Below are positions 35,783 through 49,200 of a DNA stretch of 64,000 nt, in pieces; positions within the stretch are counted from its first letter, which is position 1, and the number at the start of each line of letters is the position of its first letter. The notes under the pieces are model-generated. The model searched no databases and was not told the DNA's origin. It saw nothing but the letters and a program-made list of their open reading frames with translations. Source of the stretch: Eutreptiella sp. 'Long Island Sound 2002'. Taxonomy: Eukaryota > Protista > Euglenida. Location of the stretch: assembly GCA_964036045.1 (NCBI GenBank), contig OZ038378.1, positions 197,656,001 through 197,720,000 on the forward strand, read 5' to 3'. Made by a program: the position numbers and the translations under genes.

Positions 35783-37208
35783 AGTGGCGAGCTTCACTGG
35801 TGCAACACCATCTTCTACCCGTGAGGCCGTCCTTAAGGACTTGGAGCAAGGGCTCATCGATATTGTGTGCTGCACTGCTGCTTTGGAAATGGGTTGGCAT
35901 GTCCCCGGCTTGCGGACACTCATCTTCACCAGTGTGCCATCCTCCATAACGCAGCTGATTCAGCTATTGGGGCGCCTTGCCCGCGGTACGTCAGATTGCG
36001 GGGAGGTTCACATTCTATACCACCAGCACTCCCTGCGTACCCTTGCCAACTGGCACAAAGACAAGGTCAAGGCCCATGCAAATTACCACCTCACCTTGAA
36101 CGACTACACATGTATGTATATGTTGATGCACACCCCAGGTTGCCGGTGGCAGAATTCGTTCCAGCATTCCGACCACGTGCTGTTGGAGCCTTGTGGCACT
36201 CGCTGTGATAACTGCGTGAAGAACAGGCCACCAACAGACGCGGGGTTTGTGCTTGGCCTCTTTCTTCCGGCTTTAGCCTTGTGCGACAAAAGCGACGGCA
36301 TTTGCCTTGGGCACTGCTTAGACCTCATTCAAGGGGTGCGACCCAAAGACCATTACGAGCGATATGGGCAGGAGCTTTGTAATGCTCTCTTTGAGGTGGG
36401 CATTGCTAGCCAGCATGCTTGCGGGAGCAAGGGCTCGAAAGACCAATGGAGGGCTGTCATCATGAAAGGCATGGATTGGGAGTTGGTGAAAGCGATCCCG
36501 AACATCGACAGTGTGACTATGAATTTGAAGCTTGGGGAAGTGGAGTTCAATGACAAAGACTCGTACATCCTACATTTGGAAAAGGCGTTGCCGCAAGCGC
36601 CTCAGAATTTAAGTGAGCATGCTGCAGATGCGCTGGAGGATGCCTACCCGCTTCCTATGACGACTGCTGATGTGAAGCGGCTATTTCGTGGAACCCTTCT
36701 CACTGTAGATGAGGTGCACGCAGCCCAAATCGACCACTTCGCTTGGACTCCAAGGGAAACGCTTCGACTAAAGATTGAAGCTTGCGTGGTGATGCCATCA
36801 AATCCAGAAGTTTGCAACGTGAGCATTGTCGTGAATTCAAGGGGAAGATTGGAGCAAGCAGCGGGGACATGCGGTCTAGTGGCTGAGGACGGCTCTGCTG
36901 CTGGTGGCTACCGTTGCCAGCACTGCTATGCTGTTGCCATGTCCCTCGCACTTGAACAGTGCGAGAAGAAGGTGCCCGGACAACGGCGCACGGTGTTAGA
37001 AGGCCCATCCACCCGAGCTCAGCGCCTACAAGCAAAGCCAAAGCTCCTTCAGCTTCTGGAGAAAAGGGAATATGTGAAGCTTGACAAGCCCATTGATTGT
37101 CCAAAGTGTGACACCTTGTACGTGGCAGAAGATGTGTACGACTTGCCTTATGGGACCGACCGCAAAGGACCAAATCACATGTTTGGGATATTCCTCTCTT
37201 TTGTTTGA
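35658..37208 (+). pseudogene. RecQ RecA2 + RQC + SWIM-like region, copy B; GCM-like and transposase domains deleted at 37160
   Basis: Matches 376-1878, then jumps through a 5-nt filler CGCAA to the equivalent of 8506 (3' UTR), giving a short spurious tail RKGPNHMFGIFLSFV*. Confidence 0.85.
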
Positions 37209-40200
37209 ATGAGAAGGTTGCAACACCTACGACCGCACTTGCATTTGCTGGTCATTGATCACTCCCATGGTCATGGTCAAGGGAAGATAGGTTCCCTCGA
37301 ACCGGTTCCTCTTCCATTTTTCTTCTTCGCCGACTCCTTTGTCCACACATTCAACCTTATTTGTTTTGCCCACATGATTCAATCCACCCATCCCCCCACC
37401 AAGCAATTCATGGGGAGACGGGAGCTGCACTACAAGAGATGACAGAGGTGCATAGCCATAATGTGAGGACTCGCAAGTGCTCACATGTTGTGGACCCCTC
37501 ATGTATGACGTCTGGTCCTTGTCGAACCGTGATTGCCCGCTGTGAGCACTTTCGTCTTCTTTCTCCCCTTGTAGGCCATAGTTTTGCTCCCAACAAGTAC
37601 CTCAATCTCCTCTTGGGGTGTATTTTGTGGCGGGGACTTCCCTGAGTCGTTCCTGACTGATGATAAGGCCACATAATACTCTTGACTGCGCCCACACTTG
37701 TTCCTTGAGCTTGTCTTTCGAGTAGTACCCCCCCCCCTACATCCCACATCTCTCCCCGTTACCGTAGTCATCTATGCAGGCTTGAGTGAACGCTTTGGCA
37801 ACCCCCCCCCCTATTTTCTCTAATTATCGGCCAGTTGGCCCACTCATAGTTCCCCCTTCTATCCCCCCCCCCCCCCACAATGCGGGAAGCCACCCTTAAG
37901 CAGGTTGTTGGATCACAATTTCCCTTCCTTCTACCTTCCCTCTTTTCCCATGTGTCTGGCAGCCCACACACTTGGCAACCCCGTAATTCTTTTGCTAGCC
38001 CCAGGTTGCAGAGATGAGGCAATTGAACGTGTGATGTAGCCAATGTAATTTTGTTTCTTGAACTGTGCATTTTCTGTCCCATACCTCCTTGCCGTCACCT
38101 CCCCATCCACCGTGACCCATGCTTTGGGATGTGGGTGAATCTTTGTATAATTTGGTCAGGGACAGTTTATAGTATGGTGTCGATTTATGTTGAGAAAAAA
38201 CGGTTGCAAAATATTTGCGCGAATGGTGGTGGTTTGGGTTCTACCCATTTCTTCACTCGTGACACAACATTTTTGCACTCTTTGGCCGCGCGCATATTCG
38301 TTCTTATCAAATTTCCACTTATCTTATTATAAGAGCATCTTCAAAGTTATAAACGCCCCCAAGACATATGAGCAATTACAATATTTGCGATGTACCTTGG
38401 AAATGGGGGATGCCCATTTTGTTTTTTCTCATCTTGTGATCTTTGAGTTTGCTCAAGCTTTCATGCTCACAGTATGTCTTCTCCTAGCAAAGGCTGTGAG
38501 TGCAACCTGATGCATTGGCTGTTGTGGAAGTGTGAAAATAGCAAGTTGGCATCTATCCGTATGAGAGGATTCAGCCATATTTTTTAGTGGTGCCTTGTTT
38601 CTTTTGCAAATCACAAGATTGCATATCCGCCCACAACCGTGTCATGAATTCTAGGTTGAACCCTTGAAAATGGCACAATTTTGTGACCAACCCAAGTTAC
38701 GGAGAAGTTTTTTTGTGCATGTGTTTGTTGACATTTGCACTACTTTGTCATTTGATGCCATGGCATGCCACTTAACAACCCTAAACAGTGCAACATGTCT
38801 GCGAAACGGTTCTTCGGTCTCACTGTCCTCTTTAAATACCACCCCCACGCAGTTTATGGCCCACGCGATGCCGGTTCCTAAATTGCAAGAAACACATCAC
38901 GTGGTGCTGCACTGCGGTTGGGAGGGCGACACATGGTCAGCAGACAGCATGCACTTCCGCATTTGAATTCGCGTATTCTCATCCTGCGCCGATGCAGAAC
39001 GAAAGGGTGGGGGCAGAGGAATACAATTCAGCCACAAATTATAGCAAGCCTGAGGCGCCATGAATTGGCGCATGAGTGTGACAGAATAGCACGTCTGTGG
39101 TGACAGCGATAGGTTAACCAGCTACGGTTGCGATGGAACGTTGTGCATATCCCTCAAGTTTGTGGTGCCCCATACCATTGATGTCCTTGGGATTGGCTAC
39201 GTGTCCTTCAGACTGCAACAAATGCTTTGAGGTTTTGCTTTGTTTGTTTGTGGAGAGTTTGTGTCCCAGACCCGTACACACCCTAATACCCAACACATTG
39301 GTGGACTTCAATTTGTTGCCAAGCGCGCGAACCTGCCACGGGAAATGAAGTGTTGATGGGGTGCAGTAACACTCATCGTAGCTGACCCCACTCGTTATCT
39401 AATTCAATAGTTCATTTGACCCTGAATTGCCACACTTGTCATTCCCCAAAATTTTGGGCTGAATGGACCCGCCATATCCGAGCACCATGCAAATTACCAA
39501 AGCACATTAGCAGACTTCAAATTGTTGCCAAGCGTAGGAACCTACTATGGGAAATGAAGTATTGAGGGGGTAAGGTAGAATGAAAAGTGATGGCACGCGG
39601 CAGTGGTATGCAGCAATTGCACCTTGTGGATGCCACATGGACGGCACATCCCGGGGGCCATGCCACTTTTGCTTGCTAGGTTGGGCCATAGTGACGGGCC
39701 CTTCCCTAGTAGCGTTGGTGTGGCTGAAGCATGCCATGGTGCAAGGTGCATTACGAAGGCATGGCACCTATCTTGACAGCGCACGCTCACCGCGAATATG
39801 TGTTTCTTCATGGCAAGACATTACGGAACTGATCGGCATTGTTTGTTTCACATAGTTGCATGATTGGGGAGAGGGCGCCTTGGTGGATGCTTCTCTTTAA
39901 CAGGTTTCAGCCCAACTCTGCGCTCGACCATGCTTAAAACGCCATGAACTTGAAATTAGCGAGCAGTGGACTCAATATGTGCCTATGGACGGTGCCCCAA
40001 AACTACGTCCGTTTTCAGTGCAGTTGCATTGGGAAAGGCCCTCCACACACTCAATGTGTGTGCATGAGCTGGCAACCATCTTCCACAGTTTTCAACCCAC
40101 TGTAGCATGTTGTGGGTCACGTACTCCGCGTGCGGTGCTGCATACAAGTCCATTGGGCATTGCAAAGGGTGGTCTCCAAAGAAGCATGCTCCTTAGTGAA

Positions 40201-43200
40201 ATGAGATCTTTCCCTTTTCTTTGAAAAACCTTTGCTACCCCTCCAATGCAGGAAAACGATGGTGCGCTGCAGCTGTTTCAGAGGAGTTTGCACCACTTTG
40301 TGTAGAGGTAACCCACAGTGTCACGAGAGGCAAAGCCGATATGCCAAATTTTTGTACGTACAGCAAGTACGCACGACTAAAGGACGTCTCGTCACTGCGG
40401 ATGGAGCCCTGGAAGGCTCACCTTGATTGAGAGTGTTTTGACAGCGCTGCCCGCCATGAGCTTCTAGAGCTGACACACTCGATGGCACACAAGTGTGGGG
40501 AACATGTGCGCAATGCATTCCACGCCGTGCATTGCGTGGTTCGTTGTTTCGGGGGGTTGTGTTAGACGTACCGCCTAGAGTAATTTCCTTGCACACCCAT
40601 GAACAGTAAACCTTCATTGTGGTCAAAGCATCACTGCACATTTGGACTTGGTAGCTGGTCCGGATTTCTCCCGTCTACTATCCCTACTTTCACCGCTGCC
40701 CATTTCTTTTCTTTTGTGCAGTGGCAGTCTCCCAAATGAATGGCTTTGTCAAGGTTGGTATGGGCAATGCCTATGAGGAGAAGAGCAAAGTGATGGTAGA
40801 GTGGCCTGGAAAAGGCCTGCCGCCACAAAGACAAGCTGAATGCCGAGAGGATGCAGCACGAGGAGGCAAAGGAGGCCCATTGATGAGCTGCACAAAGCCC
40901 CAGGCCAAGGCCAAGAGGTGCTTGGTGTTGTCAGTGGGATCTTTGAACCACCCACTCCTGAACCCTCCTTTGCCTTGGATAATCTGGTGGTGGTGGACTT
41001 GAAATTGCTGCCAAGCCCAGGAACCCGCCATGGGATAAGAAGTATTGATAGGGTGAGGCTGGTCAGGCCGGTCATGAAGGTCCCCCCACGGGGGGGGGGG
41101 GTAGCACCACATGATTGTAGCATGAAAACCGAACCAATTCCAATATAACCTATTTTCCTTCGGCGCCTTCAAGGACTGGGGGCCTTGTTGTTCTTGGCAC
41201 GGGCAGAATGGGCACTTTTGGGACGGACAACCCACCAGTGTGGTACTGCTTCTATAGCAGAGAATGAGGCGTGGTGGGAAATAGCAGTCCTGTAGTTGAG
41301 GGACACCATTCCCTTACAACCTACTTTACAAATTACCAATCACAACAGCCCCTCATTTCCCCAAACCTTTAACCTAAAACCGCCTGGTACCTGATTAAGT
41401 ACCTAATTAAAATAATACCATCGGAACGGAAGTGTTCGTTGGACCGAGAGGGGGGGGTTCCCGCTTTTTTGTCAAAGTGACAATCCCCCTATAGGGGGGA
41501 TGATGACAAGGGTGGGGGGTAAGTGAGACGTGGGAGGGGCGGGGTGTACTGTGGCAGCAGAGGATGAGTGTAGAATGTCGATACCCGTGCTCATAGGTCC
41601 ATCATTCCAGCCACCCCATTGCTGGCGCTTACACGTTCGGAGGGTGCTCTCCAATACATCTGATGTGCACACTAGGTGAGACGTGAAAGCATGCGGTAAC
41701 ACTCATAGTAGCTACGCGGAAAACTTTGGATTGAGTGAACCCGCTATATGCAGTCACCATTTAATCTACCTAGACACACCGGCGGACTTGAAATTGTTGC
41801 CAAGCGGATGAAGTTGCCATGGGGAGATGAAGTGTGCGGCAACACTCATAGTAGCTGCCCCGAAAACTCCAGGCTAAATGAACCCGCTATATAGGAGGGC
41901 TATGTAGGCTACCTAGAGGCACCGGTGGACTTGAAATTGTTGCCCAGCATAGGAACCCATCATGGGATAAGAAGTGTTGAGAGTGTCAGGTAATACTCAT
42001 AGTAGCTGCCCCCCCTCAAAAAAGTTTCGGGCCGAATGGACCCACCATATCCAAGCACTATGCAACCTACCTATGTACACAAACTAGCGGACTTGAAATT
42101 GTTGCCAAGCATAGGACCCCACCATGGGATAAGCAGTGTTTGGAGTGTGAGGTAACACTCATAGTGGCAGCCCCAAAAATTTGGGACTGAATGGTGCCGC
42201 TATATTCGAGCACTATGCAATCTACCTGTGTGCATTCATTGGCGGCCAAGCATAGGAACCCACCATGGGGAAGGAAGTGTTGAGAGGGTGAGGTAAAACT
42301 CATAGTAGCTGCCCCGAAAACTCTAGGCTGAATGAACCCGCTATATAGGAGGACTATGTAGACTACCTAGACGCACCGGCGGACTTGAAATTGTTGCCCA
42401 GCATAGGAACCCACCATGGGATAAGAAGTGTTGAGAGGGTGAGCTAATACTCATGTAGCCCCCCCCCCCAAAATTTTGGGCTGAACGGAGCCGCCATATC
42501 CATGCGTTATGCAATCTTCCTATGTACACACCTTGGCTCACTTGAAATTGTTACTAGAGAGGGTAAGGTAACACTCACAACAGCTTCCCGAAAAATATTT
42601 GGGCCGAATGGACCCATCATATCCAGGCACTTTGCAAACTACGTGGACGCACTGGAAGACTTGAAACTGGTACCCAGCATAGGAACCAACCATGGGAAAC
42701 GAAGTGTTGAGGGGCTGAGGTAACACTCATGGTAGCCGCCCCACAACTTTGGGGTGAATGGATCCGCCATTTCCAAGCACTATGCAATCTACCTATGTAC
42801 ACACACTAGCAGACTTGAAATTGTTGCCAAGCATAAGAACCCGCCATGGGATAAGAAGTGTTGAGAAGGTGAGGTAACACTCATAGTGCTCCCCCCCCCC
42901 CCCCAAGAAAATCGTGGGCTGAATGGACCGCATCCGAGCACTATGCAATCTACCTATGAAACTTCATTGGCGGACATATCCAGGCACTATGCAAACTACC
43001 TAGACGCACTAGCGGACTTGAAATTGTTCCCAGACATAGGAGCCCACCATGGGACAAGAAGTGTTGTGAGGGTGAGGTAACATTCATAGTGGTGGCCCAA
43101 AAAGAATTGAGGCGAGTGGACCCACCCAGACACACTAGCGGACTTGAAATTGTGGCCAAGCGTATGAACGCACCATGGGAAATGATGTTTTCAAAGGTTG

Positions 43201-46200
43201 AGGTAACACTCATAGTAGCTGCCCCCCCCCCCCCCGCCCAGAAAATTGTGGGCTGAATGGACCGCATCCGAGCACTATGCAATCTACCTATGAAACTTCA
43301 TTGGCGGACATATCCAGGCACTATGCAAACTACCTAGACGCGCTAGCGGACTTGAAATTGTTCCCAGACATAGGAGCCCACCATGGGACAAGAAGTGTTG
43401 TGAGGGTGAGGTAACATTCATAGTGGTAGCCCAAAAGGAATTGAGGCGAGTGGACCCACCTAGACACACTAGCGGACTTGAAATTGTGGCCAAGCGTACG
43501 AACGCACCATGGGAAATGATGTTTTCAAAGGTTGAGGTAACACTCATAGTAGCTGCCCTCAAAAATTGGGGTTGAATGGACCCGCCATATCAAACTGCCA
43601 GTTAATCTAGACACAGCGGCACACTTGAAATTAATGCTAGGCCCGGTAGCCTCATGGAGGTTGAAGCATTGAGAGCGTGCTGTAACACTTACAATAACAC
43701 TCATAGTAGCGACCCCAAAGATTTTGGGGCTTGCGCACCAAACCTCAAATTGACTGGGCTCTGTGCCTTCGTTCATTGGTCTCAAAGTGAAACGGACACT
43801 GCAACGCGCACCACACCGGTCCCCCTCTCCTCCCCAACAAGCAAGCACCCCATGCATATCAGCACTGCTGATGGGTCAACATCCTGCGCTGGGCCACATG
43901 TTCGTTGCCATGTCAGAACTCCTTTCTGATGTGTCTGGGCCATGTTAGGTCAATGCATTGCATGGGGTTATTCGGGTGTGCACTTGCATGCCCCTTTGTT
44001 CAGCTTTCAAGTTAAAAAATGAATTTGAAGTGCAATTCAGAAGTCAAGCTCAATTGAAGTTCAGAATTCAATGAGCATTAGTTGATTTTTTGCAGGTTGT
44101 GCCTGTTTTGTGCTTGTTCTTGTATCATAACGTTCTTTGTACTTTGACGTGTGGTTGCAACAGTGAACTCTGAATGGGTTTGTTCCATTTCGCTGCAATG
44201 CCTTGTTACATTTTAATTGATGTGTCGTTTTGAAAGTTGCTTTTGGTTCTGCCTTTTTTTGTGTTACAGGTTTCGAAGTTGATTTGTGCAAACAAAGGGC
44301 GAATATGCAGGTTGCTGCATGTCAGATGTTTGTCTTATAATTCATCAATGCGCGCTTTTACAGATTTTGCAAATGTTCATTCTTTTGTGTTGCGCTTCCT
44401 CCACTGTGCAGTGTCCGTTTCACTTTGAGACCAATGAACGAAGGCACAGAGCCCTGTATCGGGGCCCTGTACGTGGGCACTGGGCACGTCCCTGGGAATC
44501 TGAAACATGGTTGCTTGTGCCCTTTCCCCTTCTCTTCTGCCTAATTGACGGCTGGGGCAATCAACAACAATGCGTCTAGGGAGATTGAATGGTGGCTAGA
44601 TATGGCAGGCCCATTGAGCCCACAAATTTTTGGTGCAGCTACTATGAGTGTGACCTCATCCTCTCAATACTTCATATCCCAGCATAGGAACCCACCATGA
44701 GACAAGAAGTGTTGAGATGGTAAGGTGACAGTCATAGTGGCCGCCCCAAAAATTTTGGGGCTCGTAGACCCGCCATATCCAAGCACTATGGAATCTACCT
44801 GGATGCACTGGCAGACTTGAAATTGTTGCCAAGCATAGGAACCCACCATGGGATAAGAAGTGTTTTGAGTGTGAGGTAACACCCATAGTGGCAGCCCTAA
44901 AAATTTGGGGCTGAATGGACCCACCATATCCAAGCACCATGCAATCTCCCTAGACGCACTAGTGGATTTGTTGATTGTTGCTCAGCGGAGGATCCTACCA
45001 TGGGATAAGAAGTTTTCAGACCTTAGAGCTTGCGGCAACACCCATAGTAGGTGCCCCAAGAATTTCTGGGCTGAATGAACCCGCTATATCAAGGCACTAT
45101 GCAATGCACCTGGACGCGCTGGCGGACTTGAAATTGTTGCCAAGCATAGGAACCCGCCATGGGGTAAGAAGTGTTGAGATGGTGAGGTAACTATCATAAT
45201 AGGCGCCCCAAAGATTTTTGGGTGAAAGGACCCGCCATATCCAGGCACCAATGCAGTGTACCTAGACATACTGGCGGTCTTGAAATTGTTGCCAAGCCAA
45301 GAAACCTGCCATGGGCAACGATTTCAAGTCCGCTAGTGCATCTAGGTAGATAGCAGAGTGCCTGGATATGGCAGGTTCATCGCCCCAAAATTTTTGGGGT
45401 CGCTACTATGAGTGTTATTGTAAGTGTTACAGCACGCTCTCAATGCTTCAACCTCCATGAGGCTACCGGGCCTAGCATTAATTTCAAGTGTGCCGCTGTG
45501 TCTAGATTAACTGGCAGTTTGATATGGCGGGTCCATTCAACCCCAATTTTTGAGGGCAGCTACTATGAGTGTTACCTCAACCTTTGAAAACATCATTTCC
45601 CATGGTGCGTTCGTACGCTTGGCCACAATTTCAAGTCCGCTAGTGTGTCTAGGTGGGTCCACTCGCCTCAATTTTTTTGGGCTACCACTATGAATGTTAC
45701 CTCACCCTCACAACACTTCTTGTCCCATGGTGGGCTCCTATGTCTGGGAACAATTTCAAGTCCGCTAGGTAGTTTGCATAGTGCCTGGATATGGCAGGTC
45801 CATCGCCCCAGAATTTCTGGGGCGGCTAGTATGAGTGTTACCTTACCTCACCGTCTCAACACTTCTTATCAGGGGGTCCATAAGGGACTATATGTTTCTT
45901 TTGTTAAGGACCGCCCTTGGGGACCACCTGAAGGGACCATCAGCCGCCCACCACAAACCGCTGCCGTCCGCCACTCGCCACCAACCGCCAACCGCCAACG
46001 GCGATCAACCGCCAACCACCAAACACCACCAAACACCATCAACCACCAATCTCCAACCACCAACCGCCACCATCCGCTACCAATCGCCACGAACCGCCGG
46101 TCGCCCACTGCCAACACATGGTGTGCCTGCGCCCGCGGGCTTTTTTGGAAAAGCTGTGTAATGCAGCACTTTTTTCCCCCCCATTAAGGACCACTCTGCT

Positions 46201-49200
46201 TTTTATCCCATGGTGGGTTCCTATGCTTGGCAACGATTTCAAGTATGCCCATGCGTTTTGGTAGATTGCACAGTGCCTGGATATGGCGGGACCATTCAGC
46301 CCAGAGGTTCCGGAGCAGCTACTATGGGTAATGCCCCGCGTTGTCAACCATTCGTTTCCCATGCACTTGGCAACAATTTCAAGTCCGCCAATGAAGTTTC
46401 ATAGGTAGATTGCATAGTGCTCGGATGCGGTCCATTCAGCCCACAATTTTCTGGGGGGGGGGGGGGGGGCAGCTACTATGAGTGTTACCTCACCTTCTCA
46501 ACACTTCTTATCCCATGGCGGGTTCTTATGCTTGGCAACAATTTCAAGTCCGCTAGTGTGTGTACATAGGTAGATTGCATAGTGCTTGGAAATGGCGGAT
46601 CCAGAGGGTAAGGTAACACTCACAGCAGCTGCCCGAAAAATATTTGGGCCGAATGGACCCATCATATCCAGGCACTTTGCAAACTACGTGGGCGCACTGG
46701 CGGACTTGAAGTTGGTACCCAGCATAGGAACCAACCATGGGAAACGAAGTGTTGAAGGGCTGAGGTAACACTCATAGTAGCCGCCCCACAACTTTGGGGT
46801 GAACCTCTCTGGTAACGATTTCAAGTGAGCCAAGGTGTGTACATAGGAAGATTGCATAGTGCATGGATATGGCGGCTCCGTTCAGCCCAAAATTTTTTGG
46901 GGGCAGCTACATGAGTATTAGCTCACCCTCTCAACACTTCTTATCCCATGGTGGGTTCCTATGCTGGGCAACAATTTCAAGTCCGCTGGTGCGTCTAGGT
47001 AGTCTACATAGTCCTCCTATATAGCGGGTTCATTCAGCTTGGAGTTTTCGGGGCAGCTACTATGAGTGTTACCGCACACTTCATCTCCCCATGGCAACTT
47101 CCCCCGCTTGGTAACAATTTCAAGTCCGCCGGTGTGTCTAGGTAGATTAAATGGTGACTGCATATAGCGGGTTCACTCAGTCTAGAGTTTTTGGGGCAGC
47201 TACTCTAAGTGTTAGTGCATGCTTTCAACTTCAACATCCTGTGCTTGGCCACATTTTCAAGTCCGCTAGTGCGTCTAGGTGGGTCCATTCGCCTCAAAAA
47301 TTTTGAGGCAGCTACTATGAGTGTTACCTCACCCTCTCAACACTTCCTTCCCCATGGTGGGTTCCTATGCTTGGCCGCAAGTGAATGTACATAGGTAGAT
47401 TGCATGGTGCTTGGATATGGTGGGTCCATTCAGCCCCAAATTTTTGGGGCTGCCACTATGAGTGTTACCTCACACTCAAAACACTTCTTATCCCATGGTG
47501 GGTTCCTATGCTTGACAACAATTTCAAGTCTGCCAGTGCATCCAGGTATATTCCATAGTGCTTGGATATGGCGGGTCTACGAGCCCCAAAATATTTGGGG
47601 CGGCCACTATGACTGTTACTTTACCATCTCAACACTTCTTGTCTCATGGTGGGTTCCTATGCTGGGCAACGATTTCAAGTCCGCTAGTGCATCTAGGTAG
47701 ATAGCAGAGTGCCTTGATATGGCAGGTCCATCGCCATGCCAATTTTGCTGTGTTTGGATGAGTCGCTTTTGTTGTTTCGCTCTGGTGTTGCATTGATTAG
47801 TTTCGCTTTTGTAGCGCTTTTGTTTTTCAGCTTCATTCACGGATGTGATGCGATGCAAGCTGTTCCTCCACCTGCAAAACAAACGTATTCAAAAGCGAAA
47901 AACAAAAGCGGGATGACTGTCGAAATATCAACAAAACAAAAGGGGCGTTTTCCACCTGTGACACGAACAAACAGATTCGAAAGCGAAAAGCGAGACTCAA
48001 ATGACTTCACAAAAACGACACAGAATGCACGTGTCTTTGCAACAAAACACAACAAAAGACCTTACATTCAAGTGCGACGCAAGTGGATTGTTGAGTGGTG
48101 ATTGCAAGCGTGCAGGTTCATGTTTCCAATGCTGTGTTTGCATTGTTTTCGAATGCTTGTAGACTGTCCTTTTTGTTTTCGAGTTCTGTTTTTGTATATT
48201 GCAGGTGCTTGTGCGTTCAGTTCACTTGCCGCTGGTTCCACTGCCGGTTCGGCAAACAACAATTCCACCGAGGAGTTTTCCAGAGAGCAGCGTGTCTTTC
48301 TGCGGGTGTGTGGTCAGTACATGGAAGAAGAATGACAGTGATCCCCACTGTTTGCCTGTCCACACAAGCAGTGTGTCGTGGTTGCTGAGTGGGGACCTCT
48401 TTTCAGACGCAGAGTGATCCAGCCAGGTTTTTCTGCTCATTTCTTCTGCAATGCAAAGTGCCACCCACCTTCCTGTACATTGCTGCAGTGTCTGACAGCC
48501 ATAGTCATCAACTCCTGGGACATTTGCATCCCATCACATCCGTTCCTGCATTGCATGCTCATTTTCTGGAGATTTGGCAGTCTGCCCAGTCAGTCCCAAG
48601 TTCCAGATTCCTTGCTCAGATTTTGTTCACAGGGAGGTTTTTTCACGGTTTTTCCTGCTCATTTCTTCTGCAGTGCATTGTGCCACCCACGTGCCTGTGC
48701 TGCAGTGTCTGCCAGCCATAGTGATCAGCTCCTGAGAACCCTGCATTCAACACATCCGTTCCTGCATTATATGCTCATTTTTTGCAGCTTTTGCTGTCTG
48801 CCCAGTCAGTCCCAACGTTCAGATTCTTTGCTCAGACTTTGGTTAGAGGCATTATTCGGCGCACAAAGCCGAGTGGTATTGCCTCGTAGAGGTTGTTTTC
48901 AAGCACTACTCAGTGGGTGCACAATTTTGCCCATAATTTCATGCTCTAGTTTTGCTTTTTCCAAATATCTTCAGATGGCGGTCAACATGGATGGACCAAG
49001 GTGCGCACAGGGAGGGATGCTGGTTCGGTATTTGTTTGGCATGTCCAAAAATGGCACCAAAAAAAAGATTACCCCCTGCAGCCCCCCCTCATGCATGTGT
49101 CATGCATTGCATGCATCCCCCCCCCCCCTCCCACCGTTTCTGCCATTTTTGCCTCCAGGCCCTATCAAGGAAAGCTGAATGAATCAACACCGAGAATGAA

